DNA of 64,000 nt, from positions 87,358,001-87,422,000 of the forward strand of contig OZ024740.1 in the NCBI GenBank assembly GCA_964016885.1, written 5' to 3'. Positions 1 to 12,918 of this stretch are shown piece by piece (positions within the stretch are counted from its first letter, which is position 1; every line of letters starts with the position of its first letter). A program made the position numbers and the translations under genes. The DNA is from Eledone cirrhosa. Taxonomy: Eukaryota. The notes beneath the pieces are model-generated. The model was not told the DNA's origin. It saw nothing but the letters and a program-made list of their open reading frames with translations, and did not search any database.

Positions 1-69
1 TTACAAGACAGTATCCAAGTAAAAATGAAAATACAAATAACAATTACTTTGTTCGACTCAAAAATACCT

Positions 70-342
70 GTAATCTACCTGTAATCTAATATATAAATAA
101 TATGTAGTATGCTACAAGGAATACAGACGAACTGACTGAATTGAATCAATACGAAAATCATGGATTTATTGGAATTTCACGATAGTTGGTGGTGATAAAG
201 ATAAAATCTAAGAACTGGTAGCTTCTTCTTAAACTTGCTAGGAGCTTTATTGAGAAACCATATAGAATGACAAGTGGCATACACTTTACTAATATGATAT
301 AGCTTATTGCTACTGAGTACATTTTAACACACAAACACTAAC
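70..342 (-). pseudogene. ATR: ATR-like exon: start of PI3K-like kinase domain
   Basis: Translates MPLVILYGFSIKLLASLRRS (ATR: WAYIAGFDDMVEILASLQKP), then after a frameshift VKFQ*IHDFRIDS (ATR: MCKPKDDLRKDC). Boundaries approximate; acceptor weak (ttttgag). Confidence 0.6.
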
Positions 343-525
343 CTCAAAATGAAAGAGATAATAACAATAAAAGAAAACCTAAAAGAGAAAATAATAATTT
401 GAGGATATTATCATGTATTACAAAAAATAAGTAAAACTATCAGTATCTAATAGAAGATGTTTTTTTTACAAACTGCTTTAAAAACAATAAGAATTAATAA
501 CCTGTTATGATTCAAACTACACATT

Positions 526-856
526 AAACTGCTCTATCATTAGTCTACTGTATCTCCTCCAGAGGCAAACTAAATAAAAGGAAAAGGACATAAAACCAAT
601 ATCCTTCTGAAAACTGAAATTTCAAGGTGAGAAATATTCTTTCACAACCAGATGGCCATGGCCATGCTGAGATAGAATCTATGAAAAAATATATTCTCTT
701 AGATTCTATCTCAGCATGGCCAAAGCCACCTGGCTGTAAAAGAATCTTTCTCATTTTGTAATTTCAGTTTTCAGAAGCCTTTATGTATTTCATTTTCATT
801 TTATTTAGTTTACTTCTGGAAGAGATACTATAATGATAAAGACAGTGCAGTTTATT
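526..856. repeat. Long imperfect inverted repeat (arms ~155 bp, 18-nt loop)
   Basis: 659-681 TGGCCATGCTGAGATAGAATCTA is the exact reverse complement of 700-722. Pairing continues outward with mismatches (CTTCTGAAAACTGAAATT vs AATTTCAGTTTTCAGAAG; AAACTAAATAAAA vs TTTTATTTAGTTT). Confidence 0.9.
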
Positions 857-948
857 AACTCTGAATGTCCTGTACCACAAGAAACCACAGTAGCAAAACA
901 TTCTTGAAAAGTAGAAATTTGCACTACGACTACATTACAATATAAAAT
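814..948 (-). pseudogene. ATR: ATR-like exon between FAT and kinase domains (open, 135 nt)
   Basis: cag|ATT...GAA|gtaaac, 45 codons with no stop. ...GHSELINCTVFIIIVSLPE matches ATR TFSEILIPLQSVMIPTLPS with identical spacing of SE...I..LP. Confidence 0.6.
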
Positions 949-1116
949 CTGGTGCACACTCCTTTTTTTTTTCCCCTTCCTCTTTTTAAAAGTAATTAAT
1001 ATGCAAGGGGTTGAGTATATGTGTATATGGGTGACATCTGAGTATATCTTTTCACAAGTAAAGATACTATAAATATTTAAATTTAGAAACAATCTTTTAG
1101 ATATTTTCTGCTAAAC

Positions 1117-1267
1117 CAAGCTTGGGCAACTGTTTTGAGCAGTGGGCTGCACAGGATGTGGCTCATAATACGACAGGCTTCACTACTAAAAGTTTCAAAG
1201 CAATTTTGAAATTAGGCATGCTATTCAAAAGCCTAACAGGCCACATGCTGCACTTTACCTATGACTG
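1117..1267. mobile_element. Degenerate hAT-type MITE
   Basis: CA...TG ends with near-identical 8-bp flanks TGCTAAAC (1109-1116) and TGCTAAAT (1268-1275); GGCCAC-type subterminal motifs. Confidence 0.4.
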
Positions 1268-1959
1268 TGCTAAATCATTACAGGAGGTTAAGAGTTAATA
1301 GTTAGGGGAAGAGGAAGAAATGTTCTGTTAGGCAGCAGTTCTATAAAAGGATTCCATGAAATATTTGATGAAGAGCTGGAAGTGAGAAAAAAACAACATT
1401 ATGGAGTCAGTAGGGTGCAAGGAGCCTAGACTATTATTTACAGACACAACAGAAGAAAAAGAGGGAATCCAACCCAAGAGAATAGGGTAAGGAAAATATA
1501 TCTAATTATGCTATCTGTAATGTATATATGAAAGCTGAGTGTAAATAGTTTAGAGAAGCTATAGTAAAGGATTTGCAGCAGTTTAGCTTTGATATGGTTC
1601 CAGGCTCTGAAAAATAAACCCTACATTTGAGATGCAGTTTTGGGAAAATACATATTATTGCATCCCTATGAGAGATTATCAAGTATCATTAGGCGTAGTC
1701 CTAATTGAAAATGTTAAAAAAATATTAAAAAAACATTACTGTTAGATTAAAATATGCCAGCATAAGAGTAACACAAGATATCTTCCCAAACTCATCTTTT
1801 GACGAAAAGATTTTATTCCCAAATATTAAGGACTAATTAAATCCTTCCAAGGTAATATTCCAACTTTGTTATTGTTAATTTTAACATTTAATGTCTTATT
1901 CACATTACTATAGCCTTCTAAAGAAAGAAAAAAACACTTTTCCTTATAATCTTAACATA

Positions 1960-3404
1960 TCTATATTATAAAGCTGAGTGTCGTGTGTATTATGTATGTA
2001 TGTATGTATCCTACACACCTCTCTATAGTTTGTTAGCATTACTCTCTCCGTCGCTCTTCCCTCTCTCTATAATTTAACTGCTTTACTCTCTCTATCGCTC
2101 TTCACTATCAAATATTATAAAGTTGAGCGTCGGCTCTCTCTCTCCCTCTTTCACCCTCTCTATAATTTAACTGCTTTACTCTCTGTCTCTCTTCACTCTC
2201 TATATGACAACACTCTTTTACTTTCCGTTTTAATTGTATCTCTCTCTGTCTAACGGCCTATCACTCTCTTTTCCCCTCCCTGTTTTTCTGTCGTCGCTCG
2301 CATAAGTAAGACACACACACACGCGCGCACATAATATAACATCAAAACAAAACACAGGCATACACATGCACATACACACATACACAAACAGACATACACA
2401 AACATATATCTATACTTTATATGTATGTATGCTGCTAATTGTAATAAATGGAGAAAGACTGTATATGAGGGAAAAGTGTCCTTTGAAGCATCTCGAATCG
2501 CATACGAGAAAGTAAAGCGGGATTTGAGGAAGGGATGTTGCACTTCCAGACGGCGAAGGTCCTCCTATGGTGCTGATATGCAGCGTCTGTGCGAGACTCT
2601 GCCTAAGCAAAGCTGGACTCGAAAGTCATCTTCGCAGCCATAAAGTAAGACCAGTGGTTGACTACCAAGCTGCTGTTGGAGATGCTACTCATCATGCTTG
2701 CCTACATGTGGTAGAGAATGTAAATCAGCAGGAGAGCTCAAGCGACATGCAAAAGTACATGAACTTCAACCACAGCCGGCTATTCCCAGTGAATGTTTTG
2801 GTTGCCGACTCTGTGCAAGACATTTTAGATCATTGGCTGGGCTAAAAAGCCACATTCGATCGCAGCGCTGTTAATTGCTATCGTGTGTGTGTGTGTGTGT
2901 ATAGATATGTTTGTGTGTGTGTGTGTATATATATATTATTATTGTTGTTGTTGTCGTTATTATTATTATTGTTGTTATTTTTTTTTTCTCGTGCAATGGC
3001 TATACTTGATAACGAGGGGGCAGCCATCATCATGTATGTATGTATGTAAGATCATTCCCCCTCTCTATAATTTAACTGCTTTACTCTCTGTCGCTCTTCA
3101 CTCTCTATATGACAACACTATTTTAGTTTCTGTATCTCCCTTCAATATATACACATAGAGCGAGAGAGAAAGAGAGAGATTTAGAGAAAGATTAGGGAAA
3201 CTACACACACCCATCTACAGAGAGAGACAGAAAAACAGAGGGAGGGGAAAAGAGAGATAGGCCGTTAGACAGAGAGAGATACAATTAAAGTGTTAGTTAT
3301 TCAGAGAGAGAGAGAGTTGGAAGGACAATGTGACACGAGAGGGTGTGTGGCATAGTTGCAGTGGAGTGGTGGGGTAGGTATACCTAGCCGGGCGGGCCAG
3401 CTAG
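1960..3404 (+). mobile_element. Non-autonomous Helitron (Lep1-like ends)
   Basis: 5' A|TCTATATTATAAAGCTGAG followed by (GTAT)n; 3' GC-rich GCCGGGCGGGCCAG-CTAG|T; sits between A and T with no TSD. Internal direct repeats (CTCTCTATAATTTAACTGCTTTACTCTCT x3). Confidence 0.7.
2428..3032 (+). mobile_element. 3' fragment of an RTE-clade LINE with C2H2 zinc fingers, nested in the Helitron
   Basis: KWRKTVYEGKVSFEASRIAYEKVKRDLRKG followed by frameshifted C2H2-like motifs (CSVCARLCLSKAGLESHLRSH; CPTCGRECK; CRLCARHFRSLAGLKSHIRS). Ends in GGCAGCCATCATCAT. Confidence 0.7.
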
Positions 3405-3959
3405 TAGTTCATAACTCTATGACACAACTTCGTTAATTTGTTTTCCATAGGTTTCAATATGTTTCTAAGGTCTAATAAGATGTATTGTTTAGATAAAACT
3501 TACATAGTGATCAAGGAATATGCTAACATATTTACAGCTTTACATATAATAAATACTTCAAAAATTCTGATCAGGGAAGTACAACAACAACACCATCATC
3601 ATCGTCACCAAATAAAATTAACCCTAAAGCAAACAATTTACAGTCACTTTTGATTTTAATCAGTACTCTGTAAAGTAGTTGGTGTTAGGAGGGGTATAGG
3701 GTTTTAGAAACTATGCCAAATGGGAAGAACAACATGCATTCCCATAGCCATGAATAAAGTAACTGGATCATAACAGTATGTCCAACCCATGCTAGCATGG
3801 AAAATTGGACATCATGTAATGTTGTTGTTGATGATGATGGTGTACAGTAGTTACAATTGGAAATCACTTTCAAAGTTCCATTTTGCTGATACATAATTAG
3901 ATATATCATCTACCTTGAAACCATATATTGGTCACAAACACAGTTTAATAAGAACTTAC

Positions 3960-4114
3960 CGAAGTACATAGCAACTTCTAATCAGATAGATATAGGCAGA
4001 TGTCACTTCAGTTAAAATCCATTGTCCATTTGATATTCAAATACTGCAGGGCATAAACTTATCGAATTTCAAGAATTCAGAAGTCCACATATTTTATTAA
4101 GTCATTATTCATAA
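3960..4114 (-). pseudogene. ATR: ATR-like exon after the FAT domain
   Basis: tctttatatttag| ... |gtaagt. YE**LNKICGLLNS vs ATR YPMRVNRCKEILNK; ends LSD*KLLCTS vs LTDKLLELCNK. Confidence 0.55.
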
Positions 4115-4206
4115 CTAAATATAAAGATATCCAAATGGATTCACATGTAACATCCATTACTATAACTGATTATAGATTTCTTACATTTACTTCAAATAAA
4201 ATGTAC

Positions 4207-4507
4207 CTGCAGCTTTTGAACTTTGAATAATAATAATCATTGTAGATTCTGAATGTTTCGTTAATATATTCAACAATCTTGGCAATCTAAGAAGTACTTT
4301 CAAACACTGCATTTTGTTTTGTTTCTCAAGACACTGTCAAGAATTTATAAGTAGATATCTGTGAATGGCATTTAATACTTTGCTGATGTTACCAATAGTA
4401 AGATGGTGGATGTGAGGTATCTGTTGTGTTGAAAGCCTTGTATTTTCGTGTAAAGTTTGTTGGAAGTTTAGTGATTCAATTATAGTACTCTGAATCCATG
4501 TTATGAG
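4207..4507 (-). pseudogene. ATR: ATR-like exon, C-terminal FAT domain
   Basis: tttcactctttag| ... |gtacat. LITWIQ...TIGNISKVLN, frameshift, STYKFLTV, NAVFE...IAKIV, vs ATR MLTLWLD...DLGKINKVIT...APYQFLTA...DEVFVVLMEIIAKVF. Confidence 0.7.
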
Positions 4508-6127
4508 CTAAAGAGTGAAATATATGGTTAGACTAACTGTATAAAATCTACTGATCATACTAAAATAAGCTAAACAGTTTTCCTTCAAGAGCAAATATTT
4601 GTTTGTTTTCTAGCTTTTATCTTTTAGCAATAAAAATTTATTTCATTTTTAGCTTTCATCTGTTAATTATTTATTTTTTAGCTTTAGTCCCGTTTTCTGT
4701 TGAGCATATTGCATATGCTACTTACCACCATACTCAGGTGACTTGTTTCCTTGAACCCTTCCACATGCATAAAGTCCTACCTCAGGGTAGTAATACATAG
4801 GAGGGATACTATATGTTTTAAGGAAAACAATTTATTGTTATTCAAGTAAAAGTTGGTTGCTGAGTAATGTTACTTTGAAATATGGTACAAGATTACATAT
4901 GTAAGAAACCAAGGAAATACTGGGATGATAACATACTAACACAGAAGCTACAAAAATGAAACTAATTCTAATTAGTAATAGATCGCCTTTCCTGCAGCAA
5001 ATAACCCTTATCAATAACCCTTTTTCTAATCTAACATATCCATTCTCAGATATAGTTTGCTAGAAGCTTCCCATCTATATGATACATACAAGCATGAGTG
5101 CAGTGTAATGAAGTTTCAATAGGCGAATAAATTAATAATATATCAGCATAATAGTTTGTAAAATATCAAATTATAATTCTATCACTATTTGAATCCATTC
5201 TTCTCGTTAGTTGGTAAGCAAAATAGAAAAGTACAAGAAAGAATACTAATATGACAAAACTGACAGGTAATTTAGCTCTTTAAAATATTAAGATAAAATT
5301 AAGAAATAAAAAAAAACTTTTACAGCCATATATACATTTTTCTGTCTGAAAAAATATTGTCTTCATTTGGCTATAACAATTTTTGAGAAAGTGGAAACTA
5401 TCAGGAGCTACTAGAAAATACTATATGTGACAAGATTCAGCAGATTAAAGCAATCATAATAAATTTAGTATTCCAATATTTGAAGAAAATAAGATTTTCA
5501 ATTATGAAAAACAAAAAATAATAAATAAATAAAATAAAAGTTAAAATTTAGCTAATTTTACATGAATTTCAATTATAAAATTACTAAAGATGAAATCATA
5601 TCTAATAGTCTTATTTCATTACAATAAAAATATTTAAAAAAAGAAAAGAAAGGTAAATTGCTTTAAATTTGACATCCAAGTTTGTAATTAATGAAAACGA
5701 GAAAAATACCAAGTGATTTGAGAAGATACTTAGGAAAAAAAAAGAAATGAAAATTGCTTTTCGACATAAATTTATTATGCTCTCATACATACAAAAATGT
5801 TTTTAAGTGAATCAGCAACAATTTATCATCATATAAAATTATATTTCACAGAAGAGGGAAAAGATAAATCACAACTATTAACTCAACATCCAGTACCACA
5901 TGAACCACACTGGAAAGACATTCTTCAAACATACAAAATAGCAGTATGGCTGCATCACATTAAACATTAGTCTTTAATTTAGTTTGATGTACATTTCATA
6001 GTAATCCATCCATTAGTAAAGATAGTATAAATATTTGAATTAACAAATATGCTTTTAAATACTTTCTGTTAAATCATTACAAGACGTTGAGAGTTAAAAG
6101 ACGAGCAAAGAAAATATTTTTCTTTAA

Positions 6128-6346
6128 CCATTTAACATCTAAACTGGCAATATCCAGCCAGAATTCTCTCACTTCTTTCTGTTCAAACCGGTTGTAACCG
6201 GCCACTCATACTGATGTTAAGGTATGTTCTCAAAATAAATAATATCAAAATCTCATAGATTCAATATTATGTGAGGTAATAATGTGAGATAAAGCCTTTA
6301 CCATTAAAATATAGTAGAATATATAGATTAATGTAAATGCTAAAGA
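6128..6346. mobile_element. piggyBac-type MITE, degenerate copy
   Basis: TTAA|CCATTTAACATCTA ... TAAATGCTAAAG; internal sequence homologous to copies at 9124 and 47827. Confidence 0.7.
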
Positions 6347-8255
6347 TTGACACCTTATTTCAGCAAATCAGATTTGAAATGTGATATATATATACTTCAG
6401 GTTTTTCATAATAGTGATAGAAGATAGGCATTTTACTACCTACAAAGAATAAAAAGCAGCAATGAGTAATGTATGAGATCTTGAAGCTTTTCTTTCATAA
6501 CAGAGATATACATGTCCCCCACCCTCCCACACACGCACGCACAAAAAACATGGCTATGAATGTAAAAAGAGACTTCCTGAGAGATGCAAAACCTGCACCG
6601 GTGTAAACCGCAACAGACAATACTAATGACAGGCTAGGCAGACTTAACTCCTTAAATAATTGTCAGATAGTCTTTTCACCCAGCACACATGGTTTATAGT
6701 TCTATATTAAGTTACTGAGAACAATGATTTAGAATATACAAGCTAACCTGTAGAAATCTCAGTTTCATTAAAAACAACCACCAAGAATTAAAGATCAATA
6801 TGACATTTTAAATACACACACAAATACACAACGCAAATTGAATAAATTTAACAAATGACTAAAACAATCTAAATGGAATGTTTTACTCATAATTTGAGGA
6901 TATGGAATATTTTTCATAAAAATAACTCCCCCGCCTCCTCTCTCTCACCTCCCCTTCACTCTTACCATCCCCTTTCCATAAATATAGGAGTCACCACTAT
7001 GAACACCAGCACTCTCTCTCACATACTGAGACACACTATTCTTTTTCCATGATAAACTTTTTACATCCCAGTAACACCACCTTTAACATAATAGATAGTT
7101 AATGAATGTTGAAAGATGAAGCATCTAACTTACAACATTTATCTACTTATTTATATAACTCAGATTTACATGCTAATGTTTGCTTCAAGTGCAATATTGT
7201 ACAAAAGAGTAAATTTAAATTAATTTCATTAAATATTAATTTAGATATGAAATATATACTTATGTTTTTAGTTTATTTTAGATTTTGAATATTTGGAGAG
7301 ATGAAAACAAAACAAAAATTTAATCTGTTTTTGTTTTTTATCATTAATATTTTCTAATAATTTTTGTCATTAATATTTTCTTTTCAAAAAGTCCTTTGAA
7401 ATTTTTTTGGTGGTGTTTGAAATAGCCAAGAAGATAAATAATCAAGAACATTATCAACACAATCCAATATATATATATATTTTAAAAAATATTCTCTTGA
7501 GTCTAGAAGCTCAACAGACCAGAGCTTATCCCAGTTTTATGTAGCCCTATATACTGAGACCACAAGACTTTTCCTTCAATTACAAGGTACTTATTTTCAG
7601 CTGAGTAGTCTGATATAATGTGAAATCTACAATGAGAGGAATATACTAAACACTAGAGTGTTAGCTTTCACTTATAGGCTCCTGCCTTTATTGCATTAAG
7701 TAGAGGTCAAGTAGCCATATATTCATATGATATGCCTTTTCAACAGATTTAAGTAATTTTTCTGTCAATTAGATTTATCAAATGACATAAAGACACTAAA
7801 CAATTAAGAATTCTTTTATTATTATCGTTATTTTTCATTTTAAATTTATTTTTCATTTTAATTTAAAATTTACATTAGAATTTAATTCAAGTATCCAACT
7901 TTTATCTCACATGAGATTTATATTTGTCTTTTTCTAATCTTCATATATAATCTATAAATGACAATGAGTTGAATTTTCGCAATAATAGATTTTCATCAAT
8001 TATTTTATGTGATGTGGTGGGAAACTCAGCACTATATAGTTCGTGCCTTCCCTAAGTATATTAAAAGTGCATCATGGGAAGTGAAATTGTCAGAACTAAA
8101 AATAAAAGCTATGTCATGAGCTTGCTGTAAATGCATCTTCCAAATTGCCTTTATTTCAAATAAAGGCTATTTGGAAGAAGCACTTGAACTTTATATTAAA
8201 AAAAAAAAAAAAAAAATGACTTCTTTTTTTTGACAGGTACCAAAATAACAATGAA

Positions 8256-8305
8256 AAACTTGATTCCAACCCATCCCAAAAACTCGATTCCAACCCATCC
8301 CAAAA
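8256..8305. repeat. Short tandem duplication (GATTCCAACCCATCCCAAAA x2)
   Basis: Two adjacent near-identical ~24-bp units. Confidence 0.8.
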
Positions 8306-8581
8306 TCTCTCAGTAGTTCACTCTGAAGTTGTATTGAAGAAGGGGCTAATAGATATAATAACTACCATATGAAAATCAAGTTTGGGATAGCTGTCACTCA
8401 TTCATAACAAAGACAAAATATCCAGGTGTAAAATATAGATTATGAAGGAGCTTAGAAAGAGATGTAGTTTATTTGGTTTGCTTTGAATACAGCAAATTTT
8501 TCACATCTCATTATCCACTTCAAATAATATTTGCTGCAGCAACCAGTATGTATAACTATATATTCAGTTTTTTACCCTTAC

Positions 8582-8856
8582 TAAATGATATGAAGTAAAA
8601 CAAAAAGTGAATGAAACATCAACATCCAGAAGGTTTCATAACAAATAAAACCATGCAGCCACAAGATAACATATGTATTTATAATGTCCTTGGATCTTGA
8701 ATGGTAGGCTGATGAAATTTTAGGGAGTTTCCAACTGTCAAAGAGCAAATCTGCTTCAGTATCAGAATTAATGAGCTATGTTGACGATGTAATGCTAAAT
8801 GTTAAGAACCGATCTAAACAACATGATGGCTTGGGGCAATGTCTTGCTCCAAGTAT
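8582..8856 (-). pseudogene. ATR: ATR-like exon, FAT domain
   Basis: catattttag| acceptor. PQAIML/(frameshift)LDRFLTFS...*LINSDTEADLLFDSW...INTYVILW vs ATR HGRAMLLVGRFMEET...IMKKYKDVTACLPEW...LIRYIVLH. Donor approximate. Confidence 0.6.
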
Positions 8857-9123
8857 CTAAAATATGATTATGCTGAGATTGAAAAAATAACATATCTTGA
8901 TAAATAGAAGTTAACATTTAGTGAAATCGGTTGTCTTGAAGGGGAAAATGTGGAGGAAAATAAATACTATAGACTTCCAAAAGCCACACAATATTCTAAA
9001 TGACAACTTATTGAAATTGATTTAAATATGAACAACAACTGACTGAAAGAGAAACAACAAGCAGGACAATGCTAGACTTGGCAGTGGATTGGTTGAGTTG
9101 TTAGGGCATAACCGTAACCCTAA

Positions 9124-9345
9124 CCTTTTAGCATTTAAACCGGCCATATCTGGCCAAAATTCCCTCACCTCTTTCTGTTCAAACTCGCTGAAACCGGCCA
9201 CTCATACAGATGTTAAGGTATTGTTCCTAAAATAAATAATATCAAAATCTCATAGATTCAATATTATGTGAGATAATTATCTGACATATAGCCTTTACCA
9301 TTAAAAATATAATAGTAAATATAGAGTAATGTAAATGCTAAAGGT
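9124..9345. mobile_element. piggyBac-type MITE inserted in a degenerate SINE
   Basis: TIRs CCTTTTAGCATTTA / TAAATGCTAAAGG with TTAA at 9346-9349; SINE-like sequence on both sides. Confidence 0.75.
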
Positions 9346-9835
9346 TTAAGGTACTAGTTCCAGTGCTGAAAATTCTGCTGAAATCAACTTTAACTTACAT
9401 CCTTTTGGGGTTGATAAATTAATGTGCCAGTTCAGAGTGATGGATTAGTAGACTTGTTAGGGCATCAGATGAGTTGCATTGTCATATCTGTTCCTGCCGT
9501 ACCCTATTAGGGTTGTAAACTTAAACCATTTCCTAGTTTAACACCATCTCCTGGCCTTTGGGTGCATTTAACAGCATCTATTCAGTTGTAAGTATTCAGT
9601 TAGAGTCTCTAATTTGATGACAGTGTCTTCCCATCGACCCGCACAGAAATCTTGGAGACCCTGAGGAGAGTCATGTACACAGCCCTTCCCATCGCTGAAT
9701 AAACAGTAAAAAAAAATTCTTTCACTAACACCTTTCCGTTTACTAGAATTATATAGATACAGGTATATTTAATATGACAATAAAAGAAACCGCTACAGAA
9801 ATACTAAAACACTGCCAAAAGGTAGAAGCGTTAAC

Positions 9836-9840
<5 letters not shown>

Positions 9841-9896
<56 letters not shown>
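9841..9896. repeat. (CA)n(TA)n microsatellite
   Basis: Read directly. Confidence 0.95.
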
Positions 9897-10167
9897 ATCT
9901 AGAACTGCATCATAAAGCAAATAACCAAGATAACAAATTACTCAGCTTATTCAACATTGTAAATCCTGTCTTCTGAAACAAATTCTTTCTTATATTTTTC
10001 TTTTAGTCCAATTATATACTGTGGTTACAAAAGCTATAATCTCATTACACTAACAATCAGATCATGCACTCTAATTGATGACAACAAACTATTCTTATAG
10101 TTAGATATTTGGAAGTTGGAAAATACAGAATTATAAGTTACCAATGTTTTGATTAAGCGACTTTACG

Positions 10168-10175
10168 TTATATAT

Positions 10176-10228
<53 letters not shown>

Positions 10229-11036
10229 TATATATATATATATACACATATATATATATATACACACATATATATATATATATATACACACATATATATA
10301 TATATATACACACATATATATATATATATACACACATATATATACACACATATATATACACACATATATATACACACATATATATACACACATATATATA
10401 CACACATATATATACACACATATATACACACATATATATACACATATATATACACACATATATATACACACATATATACACACATATACACATATATATA
10501 TATATACACATATATATATATACACATATATATATATATACACACATATATATATATATACACATATATATACATATATACACATATATATACATATATA
10601 CACATATATATACATATATACACATATATATATACACATATATATACACATATATATATATACACATATATATATACACACACATATATATATATATACA
10701 CACACACATATATATACACATATATATATATACACATATATATATACACACATATATATATACACACATATATATATACACACACACATATATATATATA
10801 CACACACACATATATATATATACACACACACATATATATATACACATATATATATACACACATATATATATACACACATATATATATACACACATATATA
10901 TATACACACATATATATATACACACATATATATACATATATACACACATATATATACACACATATATATATATATATATACACACATATATATACACACA
11001 TATATATACACACATATATACACACACACACACACG
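10168..11036. repeat. ~870-bp compound (TA)n/(CA)n microsatellite
   Basis: Almost purely alternating purine/pyrimidine; explains the four ~300-aa low-complexity ORFs. Confidence 0.97.
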
Positions 11037-11492
11037 AGATACTGCCTAGCCTGTGTGTAAAGAACACATAACATTAAAAGTCCATTAATGTGCACACATA
11101 CTATTCCATATAGTGATCAGTTAAACTCATGTTTTTTTTTTTTTCCGCTTTGCTTTTTTTTTGGGGGGGGGGGGGGTTCTTTTGGGGTGAAGTTTAGAAG
11201 TGACTATGAGACATATCAAATCGTTTGACTTGAAATATGTCTGTGTGAACATAACATACTGTTGTTTGTATATTTTTCTATAGAAATCTTCAGTACATGC
11301 TTAGCAGCCAAGTATAATGTAATCATTTAACATGTGGGAGGGAGTGAGGAAAATAGAAGAAAGGATATGAAGGTGATACATGACATTATTAGCTGTCATT
11401 GACAAACAAAAATAGCAATGCAAGATTTATAAATTGCCATGTATGCATACATGTGCATGCACACATGTACATATACACACATAGTGTAGATA

Positions 11493-11594
11493 ATTGTTTC
11501 TACATTTGGCACAAGGCCAGCAATTACTCCAGTGTATTACTGGTACTTTATTTTATCGACCCCGTAAGGATGAAAGGCAAAGTTAACCTCGGCT
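11493..11594 (-). mobile_element. tRNA-derived SINE family A, 3' part
   Basis: Reverse complement of GGTTAACTTTGCCTTTCATCCTTACGGGGTCGATAAAATAAAGTACCAG...GCTGGCCTTGTGCC...AGAAACAATT. Confidence 0.85.
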
Positions 11595-12613
11595 AGTGTA
11601 GATAATGAGGTTGTAGAGTACACAGTTAGGTAGAGCAATTAAATACTGTAGATTTCATTGCATGCAAAACTGAATAATATAAAAGTTAAGTATCCTTAGC
11701 AATTGGTTGTTGAAAGATGAGGTGAATTTTCCTCAAGAAGCATTCCTCCTAATTCTGAATATTGCAAAATGGTCTGAAGGAGAAGTTTGACTTGTAATCA
11801 TATGGTTCCAGGTTCAATCTTGTTGTATAGCACACTAGATAAATATCTATTTCCCTGTAGCCTTATATTGACAAATATACTCTAGGTGAAATTTGGTTGG
11901 TACAAACTGAACTCTAACGTGTATTTGTCAGTGCACGTGTGTGTGTGTGTGCGCAGGCATATGTGTGTGTGTGTGTGCGTATATATCATCACCATCATCA
12001 TTTAACATCTATTTTCTATGTGTCTATGGATTAGACAGTTTGTGAGGCTAAACAGGACAGGTGACCATGTCTTACACATTCCATTTTTTGGCTTAGTTTC
12101 TATGGATAGATGCACTTCCTAATGCCCACTACATACTTGATACACAATATTTCCCATTATGTATAGATTTCTTACAAATAATTAAATATTTACTACTCCA
12201 TTTTAATAGTCGATCTAAATCTTAATAGAATTCATTGAAGGTGAAATGCCTTAATACATGGTTATTGCTTTCTTAAGTTTTCATTCCCCATTATTTCAGA
12301 ATTCATCCACAACCTTAAGGTTAATTAATGGCAGTAGTCTGTTAAACTGTTTAACTAAGGTTGTCGTGCTAATCTTATCCTTCTGGAGGATTCCTTCATC
12401 ATGTCATTTCGTCTTTATCTTATCTGTTTTACTTAAACATTTATACTTTCTATTAGCTACTTATTCTATGATTTCCTTATCTTAGTAATTCTATTCTACT
12501 ACTTCCCAATATCCTTATATGTATAGTATAAATTTGGTAGAAATATCCAAGGGTATATATATATCATCATCACCGTTTTACGGCCGTTCTTCCACGCTAG
12601 CATGGGTTAGACG

Positions 12614-12654
<41 letters not shown>

Positions 12655-12657
<3 letters not shown>

Positions 12658-12858
12658 AGAGGTGTATATGAAAGCGTATACAATATGGTTACATCGCTAT
12701 TGAAGGAAAACTATTTTTCTACCTCGAAAAAATTATTTTTTCACTTTGTATTTTTTTGGTGAACATGTCACATATTTTGTCAGTAATGGTTGAGAATGCC
12801 AAACAGATAGAAAAGCTGCCATATATTATACCTATAGGCTTTCATACACAACCTTATT
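12655..12858. mobile_element. MITE with ~25-bp terminal inverted repeats (Tc1/mariner-like, uncertain)
   Basis: AGGTGTATATGAAAGCGTATA vs reverse complement of TATAGGCTTTCATACACACCT. Confidence 0.55.
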
Positions 12859-12918
12859 ATGCTTAAACACAATCCTGGTGCTGTGCCAATACAGATATAT
12901 ATATATATATATATATCT

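Noticed and set aside
10131-11095. Four ~300-aa ORFs
   Set aside because: Translations of a TA/CA microsatellite (YI/CV/TH repeats) with no coding signal.
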